A DNA stretch of 36,841 bases from Dehalococcoidia bacterium (lineage in GTDB: Bacteria; Chloroflexota; Dehalococcoidia; DSTF01; RBG-16-68-14): the NCBI GenBank assembly GCA_040882355.1, contig JBBEBM010000018.1, positions 1 to 36,841 of the forward strand, in the 5' to 3' direction. Within the stretch, counting starts at the first letter, position 1; each line of letters opens with the position of its first letter. The notes under the pieces are model-generated. The model did not search any database. It saw only the letters and a program-made list of their open reading frames with translations, and was not told the DNA's origin. Shown in pieces: positions 10,751 to 19,905 of this stretch. Position numbers and translations under genes: made by a program.

Positions 10751-11065
10751 TTAGGCGTTCCGCAAGCGAAGCCAGAGCGCGCCATTGACGAGCGACAGTG
10801 TGGCCAGGCCGGTCAACGTGTACACGACAAAGGCTAATAGCGACGCCGGCTCGAACGTGCCACCGGTGTCCTCGACGGCCCTGTTCGTGAGGTCGAACAT
10901 GTTGAAGAACGGCTTCACCCAGAAATCGCTGTGCCGGTAGAGGCGTTCGATTATCTCGCTCTCGGCGTTGGCCCCAGCGAGCAGCGCCAAGAACCGACCG
11001 CCGACCAGCACAAGAACCGAGGCCCAGAGAACCGTGAATGCGGTGATGAGCACACTTCTCAGCAT
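10751..11065 (-). CDS. YggT-like membrane protein
   Basis: RFLALLAGAN…S+FWVKPF…FEPASLLA pattern; GAGGGTG RBS. Confidence 0.75.
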   Translation of the reverse strand: MLRSVLITAFTVLWASVLVLVGGRFLALLAGANAESEIIERLYRHSDFWVKPFFNMFDLTNRAVEDTGGTFEPASLLAFVVYTLTGLATLSLVNGALWLRLRNA

Positions 11066-11377
11066 TTAGACACCCTCGTTTTGTTGTCGTCCTCTTGGAG
11101 CTCGATTATGGCCCGTCACCCATCACGCCAGCATAATGCGCCCGCACGATGACGTTGCGGAGGTCTTACAGACCGTTGTTCACTGCGTTCTGGTCGGCAT
11201 CATCGAGATGTGTGCGTGCCGAGTCGCTCGGACGCTGGCAGTCGCGGACGGCGAGCGGCGGTGTTAGCCGCAGTTACGCGACTCGAGCCTTCCCGGCGTA
11301 TCGAGCGGCTCGGTCGAACTCCCACGGATGCGGCGTGGCGGAGATGGGCGCGAGACTAAAGGCTAAGCGTACGGATG

Positions 11378-11590
11378 CTACGCTGCGTCCGGTACGTGCG
11401 GGCGACGCTTCTGCTGGACGCGGCGGTGCAACTCTTCCACAAGCAGCACTGCTTCTGCAACAAGCCGCCGGCGCTGCTCTCCCGTTGACTCCGTCGATGG
11501 GCCGGCGACCTGGTACGGGTCCCCACTTTTGAGTTCGTCGCGGCCATGCCTTGTGGGAGACTTTCGTTGGCTGTACGTCGTGGCCTTCAT
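11378..11590 (-). CDS. Hypothetical small protein (70 aa)
   Basis: AAGGAG RBS before ATG 11590 (MKATTYSQRK…). Confidence 0.5.
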   Translation of the reverse strand: MKATTYSQRKSPTRHGRDELKSGDPYQVAGPSTESTGEQRRRLVAEAVLLVEELHRRVQQKRRPHVPDAA

Positions 11591-11824
11591 CAAGAACTCC
11601 TTTCCATTCAATGGACGGCAGGTGTGCGACCCAATACCGACGGGAGCGTACGAGATCCATCGTTGCATTCTGATAAGGCCCGAGCGGGACCATGTTGCAA
11701 TCGCATCTCAAACACCGAGACGCGCCGGGCGATGACACGCCGGGTCGAGCCCTCGCCGGCCGGCGGCGGTACTCTAGGTTGGGTCCGGTCGTCTCCTGAG
11801 CGCCCGCCAGGGACCTAGCCCTGC

Positions 11825-12049
11825 CTACCAAGGACCTGCCATCCAACGCCCTTCGCTCTTCAGGATGTCTTCGAGCGCGTTCGCGAAGCGCTTCTTTCGC
11901 CCGCAGCGCCTGCAGACGCCCAGGCTGGTCGCTGTGCCCTGCGGCGTCGCGACCAGCCACCGATGCCGACACTGGTCGGCGGCCGTGTCCGGCCGCGACG
12001 GCTTCGCGAGCCGGCTCTCGATGGCGATGACGTTGTTCCTCGTACCCAT
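11825..12049 (-). CDS. Small zinc-ribbon-like protein (CRHRW…CRRCG)
   Basis: GGAGG RBS before ATG 12049; CxHxW and CxxC motifs. Confidence 0.65.
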   Translation of the reverse strand: MGTRNNVIAIESRLAKPSRPDTAADQCRHRWLVATPQGTATSLGVCRRCGRKKRFANALEDILKSEGRWMAGPW

Positions 12050-12119
12050 GAGAGCCCTCCAATCCGCGCCCCTGGCGGAGGCGCCCCTCACCACTGGGAC
12101 GCCCCCGCCTAGATTGTCA

Positions 12120-12299
12120 CTAGGCTTGTCGCTCTGAGAGCTCTCGCTCTCCCAGCTTGACCGACTCCTGCAGATTGGTGAGGACCTGGTCGATGTCGGT
12201 CCCGGCGGCGTCGGCCGCCTCCTGCAGGTCGTCGAGAGTGATGTGACGCTCGTCACCGTGGTCTTCGTTGACGAGGCCGCATCCGCACGATGCGCACAT
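12120..12299 (-). CDS. 59-aa CxxCxC metal-binding microprotein (MCASCGCGLVNEDHGDERHITLDDL…), not in ORF track
   Basis: AAAGGAG RBS, ATG 12299, TAG 12120-12122; host-like codon usage. Confidence 0.75.
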   Translation of the reverse strand: MCASCGCGLVNEDHGDERHITLDDLQEAADAAGTDIDQVLTNLQESVKLGERELSERQA

Positions 12300-12371
12300 G
12301 GCAGGCTCCTTTCGAATCGAGTAGTTCGTGGTTGTACGCGGTTGTCGTGTCTTGCGCTGGTTCCTTGTTCG

Positions 12372-12578
12372 TCACCTCCTCTTTGATCGCGGCGCGAACC
12401 GTCTCGACTTACGGTGCGCCTCCTTCTTGGGGAGCTCCTTGTGGACGGTAGCCCAGGCGACTTGCCCCTCCCGGCCCTTGTATCGGCCTTCTTTCTTGGC
12501 GCTCTCTTCGATGTGCTCCGCCATGCGTTCTGCCTTGGCAGTGTGCTGCTGCTTGCTTCGCTTCTTCGTCGCAGGCAC
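12372..12578 (-). CDS. Small basic protein similar to the 'plasmid stabilization'/stress-associated family
   Basis: GGAGGAGG before GTG 12578; RMAEHIEESAKKEG…VAWATVHK. Confidence 0.65.
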   Translation of the reverse strand: MPATKKRSKQQHTAKAERMAEHIEESAKKEGRYKGREGQVAWATVHKELPKKEAHRKSRRFAPRSKRR

Positions 12579-12628
12579 CTTGCCTCCTCCTTCGCTAGGG
12601 CTTCGAGAATCGATGCCTCGGACTGCGG

Positions 12629-12700
12629 TCAAAGGAGCCAAATGAGAATGAGGATCACTACGAGCAGCGTGAGCGCGCCACCTCCTATGCCCATGTACAC
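12629..12700 (-). CDS. 23-aa DUF3309-like hydrophobic peptide (MYMGIGGGALTLLVVILILIWLL), not in ORF track
   Basis: Perfect AAGGAGGT RBS before GTG 12700; GGG plus hydrophobic helix. Confidence 0.65.
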   Translation of the reverse strand: MYMGIGGGALTLLVVILILIWLL

Positions 12701-12740
12701 AGTCGCACCTCCTTGCTGAAAAGGGTCGTCGCGGTCTGCA

Positions 12741-13196
12741 CTAGCGGATCACGCCACGCCAGGCGCCCGTCTCTAAGCCTCGCCCTTCGATGAACTCCTT
12801 GAATCGCTCGAGGTCTCCGGTCACGCGCCGGGACACGAACCCGAGCGCATCGCCGACCTTCTCGATCACCTCGCTGGGTTCATACTCCATCTCGAGCGTG
12901 ACGCGGGTCTTGCCGCTCTCGAGCGGCTGGAACGTGACCATCCCGCGGTTCGGTGTACCGGCCTCGCTCTCCCACGCGATGCAGCGGTCGGGCTCCTGGC
13001 GGGTGATCATCGCGTCCCATTCCTCGCGCGTGCCGGCGACGTCGACGACCCAGTGGAGCCGCCGGTCATCGAGCTGACGGACTTCCTGAACGCCCTCCAT
13101 GAACTGCGGGAACTGTTCGAACTGCGTCCACTGGTTGTACGCCGTGCTCACCGGTACATCGATGTCAATGGACTTCTCAAACGTGGTCACTGTCAT
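12741..13196 (-). CDS. SRPBCC/polyketide cyclase-dehydrase family protein
   Basis: SIDIDVPVSTAYNQWTQFEQFPQFMEGV…DLERFKEFIE…ETGAWRG. Confidence 0.92.
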   Translation of the reverse strand: MTVTTFEKSIDIDVPVSTAYNQWTQFEQFPQFMEGVQEVRQLDDRRLHWVVDVAGTREEWDAMITRQEPDRCIAWESEAGTPNRGMVTFQPLESGKTRVTLEMEYEPSEVIEKVGDALGFVSRRVTGDLERFKEFIEGRGLETGAWRGVIR

Positions 13197-13420
13197 CCTC
13201 CTTCTTTGTTTGTGCTTCTACCGTAAGCCCATGCGCATCACATTCGTACAAAGCGACTATGAGCGTTGCATTTCAGAGCTGTAACGACACGGGTCGACTT
13301 GAACGAACCGCGTTCCGGCGCCTGTTATACCGGCGCAACCTCGGCCGCCTGTAGGCATTTATTCGCCCGCAATCGCCCGGCAGATATGCTCCCTAAAACC
13401 CTGAGAAAGGAGGTGGGACT

Positions 13421-13654
13421 TTGATGCAGCGCAGGAAGTGGCTGGCCGGGCTCACCGCCGGGACGGTGGTCATAGCAAGCATCCTCTTCGGAGCGGCGTG
13501 CGACGACGATGCAGATTCGGTGGACGAGGTCCAGGAAACCGCCGAGGACGGCATCGAGGATGCTGGCGAAACGGCCGAGGACATCGCGGATGACGCGCAG
13601 GACAGCATCGGCGACGCGGTTGATGGCGACGAGACCGCCACGCCGGCCCCGTAA
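13421..13654 (+). CDS. Small acidic lipoprotein
   Basis: AGGAGG RBS; basic N-terminus, hydrophobic core, lipobox-like GAAC, D/E-rich tail. Confidence 0.7.
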   Translation: MMQRRKWLAGLTAGTVVIASILFGAACDDDADSVDEVQETAEDGIEDAGETAEDIADDAQDSIGDAVDGDETATPAP

Positions 13655-13683
13655 GCACTGATCACGGCCGACTCGAGCATGGA

Positions 13684-13714
13684 GAAGAGGACCGGGGCCG
13701 GCCCGGTCCTCTTC
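13684..13714. terminator. Hairpin between convergent genes
   Basis: GAAGAGGACCGGG / CCCGGTCCTCTTC 13-bp perfect stem. Confidence 0.65.
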
Positions 13715-13740
13715 GTTAGCCCTGACAGTGATCAGCAGTG

Positions 13741-14214
13741 CTAGTGATGCATGACTTGGCGGCGCCGCGTCACCGTTCGATGCTGCGCCGACCAAGGCGC
13801 CGCTGCGAGCGCCCACAACATCGCGATCGTCAGCAGCGCAGCGACGAGGTAAACGCCCATAGCGATGACGGCCGCCGGCTCGAAGACGCCACCGCTATCT
13901 AGCGTCCGGTTCTCCGCGATGCTCTGGAATGGCTGGACCAACGGGCCGCTGACGTCGTAGATGAAGTCAACGAAGCTGTTGGCCGCGTTGGCTTCTGCCA
14001 TCAGGAAGCCCAGGCGGAACCCGAGCAGGACGAGGACGACCGTCGCGGCCACGCCTACCCAGATGCCAAGGGTGCTGAGCCAGGCAACGGCAGGACGATA
14101 GGCGTCATCCTCTAGGTCAGATTGGGTCCGGACCTCTGTGAGCTCCTCTGTCGCCAGGGCCGGCGGGCCTCCGTCTTCGACTTCGTTGGATGGTCTCATG
14201 GTCATTGCTGACAC
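13741..14214 (-). CDS. YggT-family membrane protein
   Basis: LGFRLGFLMAEANAANSFVDFIYDVSGPLVQPF; GGAGGAG RBS. Confidence 0.8.
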   Translation of the reverse strand: MSAMTMRPSNEVEDGGPPALATEELTEVRTQSDLEDDAYRPAVAWLSTLGIWVGVAATVVLVLLGFRLGFLMAEANAANSFVDFIYDVSGPLVQPFQSIAENRTLDSGGVFEPAAVIAMGVYLVAALLTIAMLWALAAAPWSAQHRTVTRRRQVMHH

Positions 14215-14247
14215 TCCTCCCTTTCGAGTTGGTGACGTCGGGTTCGA

Positions 14248-14460
14248 CTAGGACGTCGCGTCGGTGCCGTCGCCCATCAGCTGGCTCAGCTTCTGGCGAA
14301 CGCTGTCAGCTGCCTCGCCGGTCTTCTGCTTGATCGTCCCGACGAGCTGCTCCACGTTGCCTTTGGCGCTGGCGACGTCGTCATCGGTCACGTCGCCCCA
14401 GGTTTCGCGGATCTTGCCCTTCGCGCGCTCCAAGCTGCCGTCTGTCTGCAGGTCGCTCAT
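14248..14460 (-). CDS. CsbD-family general stress protein
   Basis: GSLERAKGKIRETWGDVTDDD…EQLVGTIKQKTG; GGAGG RBS before ATG 14460. Confidence 0.88.
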   Translation of the reverse strand: MSDLQTDGSLERAKGKIRETWGDVTDDDVASAKGNVEQLVGTIKQKTGEAADSVRQKLSQLMGDGTDATS

Positions 14461-14486
14461 GCTTCGTTCCTCCCTTTCCGGTTCGT

Positions 14487-14645
14487 TCAGGCTGTCTTGG
14501 CCAGCTCGACTCCGCCTCCGAGTCCCGCTGGTCGGATTGCCTGCCGACAGCCACATTGCAGGCAAACCAAGTCCACTCCGTCGCGTGCATCCCTTTCGAC
14601 AAACAAGTCTCCCCGACACCGTCCGCACGCCTTCAGCAAGAGCAT
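14487..14645 (-). CDS. 52-aa zinc-ribbon microprotein (CGRCRGDL…CLQCG)
   Basis: AAGGAGGT RBS; two CxxC motifs. Confidence 0.7.
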   Translation of the reverse strand: MLLLKACGRCRGDLFVERDARDGVDLVCLQCGCRQAIRPAGLGGGVELAKTA

Positions 14646-14867
14646 CTCGGCACCACCTCCTTGCTGACACGATGGTATGACTCGATGTGTCGCAGCGGCA
14701 TAAAGTCCGGTCGTTGAGCAAGGTTGCAGCCGCGTGACAGGCGAGGACGACATGACTCCTAGCCCCGGGCGCAGCCAGCACGCGAGAAACTGCGATGAAA
14801 ATGATATGCGTACTGCTAGGCGCTTTAGGGTCGTGCGATGTCACGTCGCCTACCTTTGACTCACGAG

Positions 14868-15248
14868 ATGAATTCGCGAGTACGGGTGCTATTGGTTGAC
14901 GACGACACGATCCTGCTCCGGCTCTTGAGACTCTGGCTCGAGGGCTCGGGCTATAAAGTGAGTACCGCGGTGAACGGCGCGGATGCGCTGGACGAGATGA
15001 GCCTGGAGACGCCCTCCGCCGTCGTCTTAGACCTGGAGATGCCGGTGATGGACGGTCGCACCTGTTTCCGCGAGATGCGCGCGCGCGGCATCGAAGCGCC
15101 AGTACTCATCCTTTCTGCCTACAACGCCAAACAGGCGCAACGTGAGCTCCAGGCAGAGGCCTCGATGAACAAGCCGTTCGACCCTGGCGAGCTCTCAGAT
15201 ACGATATCAGAGCTCGTCGGCGATCGTGGACGGAAGGCCCACGTCTAA
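14868..15248 (+). CDS. Single-domain response regulator (receiver)
   Basis: VLLVDDD, LDLEMPVMDG, ILSA, KPFD; start 14838 or 14868. Confidence 0.9.
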   Translation: MNSRVRVLLVDDDTILLRLLRLWLEGSGYKVSTAVNGADALDEMSLETPSAVVLDLEMPVMDGRTCFREMRARGIEAPVLILSAYNAKQAQRELQAEASMNKPFDPGELSDTISELVGDRGRKAHV

Positions 15249-15342
15249 AGGAGCCAAGCCCGCGGACGCAGCCGCGGTGGTGTAAAGTGAAACGTAGCGG
15301 GCCGCATCGTGCCTGCCCGTCTCGCGAAAGGGTGGGGACTCG

Positions 15343-18309
15343 ATGACAGCAAGGCAAATAGCAGGCGAAGCCGTCACTCTATCTACCCAGGCAGCGAGCA
15401 CGGTGAACGGCGAGGGACAGCGCGGTCTGCTCGAAGCGCTGGGCGTGGCGGTCTACACTACGGACGCCGACGGGCGTATCACGCTCTTCAACGAAGCCGC
15501 CGCCGCCCTCTGGGGGCGCCGTCCCGAGTTGGGCAAAGACGAGTGGTGCGGATCCTGGCGCATCTACTATCCGGACGGGACGCCGATGGGGCTCGACGAG
15601 TGCCCGATGGCCGTGACCTTGAAGGAGGGCCGGCCAGTTCGCGACGTGGAGATCATCGTGGAGCGGCCGGACGGTAGCCGCGCAACGATTGTCCCGTACC
15701 CTACTCCGCTCCGAGACGCGTCAGGCGCGCTCGTCGGTGCCGTGAACGTGCTGGTGGACGTGACTGAGGCGAAGCGCGCCCAACAGCGCCTGCAGGCCCA
15801 ATACTCCGTGAGCAGGCTGCTCGCGGAAGCAGCCACGCTGCAGGAGGCGGCCGGGAAGCTGCTCCAGGCGCTCTGCGAAAGCCTGGACTGGGACGTCGGC
15901 TGCATCTGGATGTTCGAGCCGGAGGTCGACGCGCTCACGCTGCGAGAGATCTGGCACCGGCCCGATTTCGACGCCGTTGCCTTCGTCGACGCCTCGAGAA
16001 ACGCGTCCTTCACCCGGGGCGCTACCCTGCCCGGCCGCATCTGGTCTCGCGGGGAGCCGTACTGGATCGCGGACGTAGCCTCTGACAGCGATTTCCTGCG
16101 CGGGCCCGTGGCGATGCGGGTCGGCCTCAGGAGCGGCTTCGGATTTCCTATTCGCCTAGGAACAGAGACCCTCGGCGTGGCTGAGGTCTTCAGTCGCGAG
16201 GCCCGGTATTCCGATGACGCCCTCCTGGACGCAATGGCCAGCTTAGGCAGCCAGTTCGGCCAATTTATCGAGCGGAAGCGCGTGGAAGATGAGCTTCGTG
16301 AAAGTGAAAGCCGTCACCGCCAGCTGATCGAAGGGCTCTGTGTACCCGTCTATACAACTGACGCGGGCGGCCGCATCACGCTCTACAACGATGCGGCGGC
16401 CGAGTTCTGGGGACGACGCCCCGAGTTGGGGAAGGACGAGTGGTGCGGGTCGCTGCGTCTCTTCTCGCCGGATGGCCAGCCAATGCCCCACGACCAGTGC
16501 CCGATGGCGATCGCGCTGAAGGAGAACCGTCCTGTCCGCGGCACCGAGGCCATCATGGAGCGACCCGACGGGCGCCGAGTCCACTTCGTCCCGTACCCGA
16601 CGCCCTTGCATGATGCGTCAGGTGCGCTGGTCGGTGGCGTGAACGTCCTCATCGACATCACAGAACGCAAACGAGCCGATGAGGAGCTGCGGGAGAGCGA
16701 AGAGCGAATGAGGCTGGCCATGGTCGCCGGGGGTATGGGCACATGGGACTGGAACGTCCTCACGGGCGAGGTCCGTTGGTCAGAGAGCCTGGAAGCCTTG
16801 CACGGCCTCGTGCCAGGGACATTCGCCGGCACGTTCGAGGCATTCCGGGCCGACATCCATCCTGAAGACAGAGAGCCGCTTCAAGCCTCAATCAAGAATG
16901 CGTTGGATACGGGTTCGTACGAGATCGAGTATCGGATCATCCGACCAGATGGTGACGTTCGTTGGATAGCCGCTCGGGGGACCGCACTCTATCAGGCGGG
17001 CCAGCCCGCGCGTATGCGTGGCGTTTGCATGGACGTCACAGAACGCAAACGTGCGGCGGACCGGCAGCGCTTCTTGGCTGAGGCCGGCGCTGTCCTCGCG
17101 TCATCGCTCGACTATGACACGGTCTTGGAGCGCATCGCCGATCTGATCGTGGGGAGCATTGCTGACTGGTCCGCAATCGACATGCTTCAGGATGATGAGA
17201 CGGTGGCCAGGGTAGTCGTCGCGCACTCGGACCCGGCCAAACGCGAGATCGCGACGCAGTTCGAACGGTACGTCTACAATCCGAACCAACTGCGGGGAGT
17301 GATGGAGCTGCTCCGCCAAGGGAAAGCACTCCTCTTCAGTGAACTGTCGGAAGAGCAGCTCGCTGGAGCCGCGCTGGACGAGAATCACTTCAGGATCATG
17401 CGCGACCTCGGCTTTCGTTCCGTAATGGTCGTCCCGCTGATCGCCCGCTGGAAGCTGCTGGGCGCGATCACTCTCGTCTGCGCAGAGTCGGGCCGGCACT
17501 ACACAAACGACGATCTAATCCTGGCGGAAGATCTGGCCCGCCGCGCGGCATTAGCGGTTGACAACGCCCGTCTGTACGGCGAATCTCAGCGCGTTCAGGA
17601 GGAGCTGCTCAAGGCGAACGAGGCGAAGGACGAGTTCCTCGGCCTTATCTCGCACGAGCTGCGCACTCCGATCACGACCATCTACGGCGGGGCCCGCGTG
17701 CTTCGCTCCCGCGGCGACCGGCTGGAGCCCGAAAGCCGAGACGAGATTGTCCGTGATATCGAATCGGAGACGGAGCGGCTACACCGCATTGTGGAGAACT
17801 TGCTGGTGCTCGCACGCGTTGAGCTAGGCGAGCGCATTGATTCGGAGCCCGTACTCCTGCAACGGCTCGTCGACAAAGTCACGCAGTCTTTCACCGAACG
17901 GAACGCGACCAGACCGCTTGAGTGTCGCGTTGACGCTCAACTCAGACCGGTGGCGGGGGAGGCGATGTACCTCGAGCAGGTGCTGCGCAACCTGCTCAGC
18001 AATGCGGAGAAGTACAGTCCTCAAGGCCTGGCGATCGAGCTCCATGTTGAGAGTTGTGGCGACGAAGCAGTGGTGCGTGTACTGGACCAGGGGGCGGGCA
18101 TCGAGCCAGAGGAAGCGGAGTCGATCTTCGAGCGCTTCTACCGTTCGCAGTCCGCGAGAGCCAAGGCGCGCGGGCTCGGGCTGGGCCTCACCGTCTGCAA
18201 GCGTCTGATCGAGGCGCAATCAGGACGGGTTTGGGCCCGACCACGAGAAGCCGGGGGACTTGAGGTGGGGTTCGCCCTTCCTTACTACGAGGATGAGGTG
18301 GAGTCATGA
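15343..18309 (+). CDS. Cytoplasmic PAS-GAF-PAS-PAS-GAF sensor histidine kinase
   Basis: H-box SHELRTP, N-box NLLSNAEKY, DQGAGI, GLGLGL; PAS and GAF motifs; no TM. Confidence 0.93.
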   Translation: MTARQIAGEAVTLSTQAASTVNGEGQRGLLEALGVAVYTTDADGRITLFNEAAAALWGRRPELGKDEWCGSWRIYYPDGTPMGLDECPMAVTLKEGRPVRDVEIIVERPDGSRATIVPYPTPLRDASGALVGAVNVLVDVTEAKRAQQRLQAQYSVSRLLAEAATLQEAAGKLLQALCESLDWDVGCIWMFEPEVDALTLREIWHRPDFDAVAFVDASRNASFTRGATLPGRIWSRGEPYWIADVASDSDFLRGPVAMRVGLRSGFGFPIRLGTETLGVAEVFSREARYSDDALLDAMASLGSQFGQFIERKRVEDELRESESRHRQLIEGLCVPVYTTDAGGRITLYNDAAAEFWGRRPELGKDEWCGSLRLFSPDGQPMPHDQCPMAIALKENRPVRGTEAIMERPDGRRVHFVPYPTPLHDASGALVGGVNVLIDITERKRADEELRESEERMRLAMVAGGMGTWDWNVLTGEVRWSESLEALHGLVPGTFAGTFEAFRADIHPEDREPLQASIKNALDTGSYEIEYRIIRPDGDVRWIAARGTALYQAGQPARMRGVCMDVTERKRAADRQRFLAEAGAVLASSLDYDTVLERIADLIVGSIADWSAIDMLQDDETVARVVVAHSDPAKREIATQFERYVYNPNQLRGVMELLRQGKALLFSELSEEQLAGAALDENHFRIMRDLGFRSVMVVPLIARWKLLGAITLVCAESGRHYTNDDLILAEDLARRAALAVDNARLYGESQRVQEELLKANEAKDEFLGLISHELRTPITTIYGGARVLRSRGDRLEPESRDEIVRDIESETERLHRIVENLLVLARVELGERIDSEPVLLQRLVDKVTQSFTERNATRPLECRVDAQLRPVAGEAMYLEQVLRNLLSNAEKYSPQGLAIELHVESCGDEAVVRVLDQGAGIEPEEAESIFERFYRSQSARAKARGLGLGLTVCKRLIEAQSGRVWARPREAGGLEVGFALPYYEDEVES

Positions 18310-19019
18310 GTACGGAACCGCTGATTCTGGCAGTGGACGATGAGCCGGGAATCTTGCGGCTCGTGCGCTTGGAGCTCAGCGACCAGGGCTTCCGGGTGAT
18401 CGCGGCTGAGACGGCCGAGGAGGCCCTTCGCTTGATCGAAGAGCAGCGGCCGGACCTGGTGCTGCTCGACGTTCTGATGCCGGACGTCACCGGGCTGGAG
18501 CTGATGCGTCGGCTGCGGGAGCGCATGAACACGCCCGTGATCCTGCTCACCGCCAAGGACCAAGACATCGATAAGGTTCGGGGCCTGGAGTCCGGCGCGG
18601 ACGACTACATAGTGAAACCATTCGGGGCAGACGAGCTGGCGGCGCGGATCAGAGCTGTACTGCGCCGAAGCAATGGCACAGCAGACGGAGGGCAGGTCGT
18701 AAGTACAGGCGGCGTGGAGATCGACCTGGGCCGCCGCCTTGTATCGCGCGATGGCGAAGCAGTCGACCTTACGCGAACGGAGTGGCTCCTCCTGCAGCAT
18801 CTGGCGGCGAACGCCGGCAGGGTCTTGCTCAATGCGGAACTGCTCACCAAGGTGTGGGGACCTGAATACCGCGACGACTTGCAGTACCTGCGCGTCTGGG
18901 TTTCGCGGCTGCGACGGAAGCTCGAAGCGGAGCCGTCCAGCCCGACCATTATCAAGACGAAGCCGGGCATCGGCTACATGCTCGAGCTGAACGAGACGCA
19001 GGTCCCGGTTGCGCCATAG
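18306..19019 (+). CDS. OmpR/KdpE-type DNA-binding response regulator
   Basis: Receiver plus winged helix (LTRTEW…VWG…LRVWVSRLRRKLE…PGIGY); ATGA overlap with kinase. Confidence 0.93.
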   Translation: MSTEPLILAVDDEPGILRLVRLELSDQGFRVIAAETAEEALRLIEEQRPDLVLLDVLMPDVTGLELMRRLRERMNTPVILLTAKDQDIDKVRGLESGADDYIVKPFGADELAARIRAVLRRSNGTADGGQVVSTGGVEIDLGRRLVSRDGEAVDLTRTEWLLLQHLAANAGRVLLNAELLTKVWGPEYRDDLQYLRVWVSRLRRKLEAEPSSPTIIKTKPGIGYMLELNETQVPVAP

Positions 19020-19062
19020 AGCGTCCCCGCCCCCGTGACCCGGCGCGCCAACCCAACCAGAG

Positions 19063-19107
19063 CGCGAGCCTCGGTGAAGGGTGGCGGGTCCTCCACCGGG
19101 GCTCGCG
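19063..19107. terminator. Imperfect hairpin between convergent genes
   Basis: CGCGAGCCTCGGTG…CACCGGGGCTCGCG. Confidence 0.5.
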
Positions 19108-19124
19108 GCTGGCGCTGACTGGGT

Positions 19125-19271
19125 CTAGCGTTCTCGGATCACGAGACCGCCGGTCAGCAGGCTTGCGACCAGGACTACGGCCAGGGCGATGAGAAAGACC
19201 TTCGCAACGAAGATGCCCAGGCCGCCGAACAGTAGGATCAAGAGCAGCAGGACGAGCAGTAGCGCAACCAT
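19125..19271 (-). CDS. 48-aa hydrophobic membrane microprotein
   Basis: RBS GAAGGGG before ATG 19271; MVALLLVLLLLILLFGGLG…. Confidence 0.7.
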   Translation of the reverse strand: MVALLLVLLLLILLFGGLGIFVAKVFLIALAVVLVASLLTGGLVIRER

Positions 19272-19284
19272 TACCCCTTCCTTT

Positions 19285-19518
19285 CTATTGGTCTGACCCC
19301 TTGGCAGCGTTCGAGCCGTCGCCGCCGGACTCCTGAGTTGCACCGTTCTGGCTGTCGGTCTGGGCGCTGCCGCTGGATCGCGAAACCAGAAGGATGACGC
19401 CGAGAACGGCCGCGGTCAACACGATGGCGGCGATGGCTATCACGAAGCCGCCGGCCAGGTGAGAAGCGCCGTCCTCCTGCAGGTCCATCTGGTCGGGGAC
19501 TCTTGCGGTGTCCATCAC
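19285..19518 (-). CDS. Small single-TM protein
   Basis: GGAGG RBS; one hydrophobic segment and polar tail. Confidence 0.65.
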   Translation of the reverse strand: MMDTARVPDQMDLQEDGASHLAGGFVIAIAAIVLTAAVLGVILLVSRSSGSAQTDSQNGATQESGGDGSNAAKGSDQ

Positions 19519-19905
19519 GGGAACCTCCTCTCTCCAGGCGTTACTCGCCTACTCGCCATGCTAGCCGCCGGAAGGTTACGCGATGACAAACATAGCGGGC
19601 TCGTGGGTTGCAGTGACGTTGCACGCGGGTCGCGGTGCGCCGGACTCTATGTAGCGCTCCTATGTGCAAGAGGGTCACGCGGCTTTCTCCACCGAAACAC
19701 TGGCTGATTCCGGTTGGCACTCCTGCCAGAGACGCCACACAGGCGCGCGCGACGTAACGCATGAGGGCTCGTCGCGCCTCCCGGCGGCTCTTTCCGTCGG
19801 AGATGCCGGCCGCGCTAAGACTTACGCCTGCGTCTCGCGGCTTCCCGCGCGTTCGGGCGGAGCCATCCATACGTGGGGATAGATCTGGCGAGGGCGAGCT
19901 ACGGA

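Noticed and set aside
18306..19019. Naming the regulator kdpE
   Set aside because: KdpE-like in sequence, but the partner kinase is not KdpD and no kdp genes are nearby
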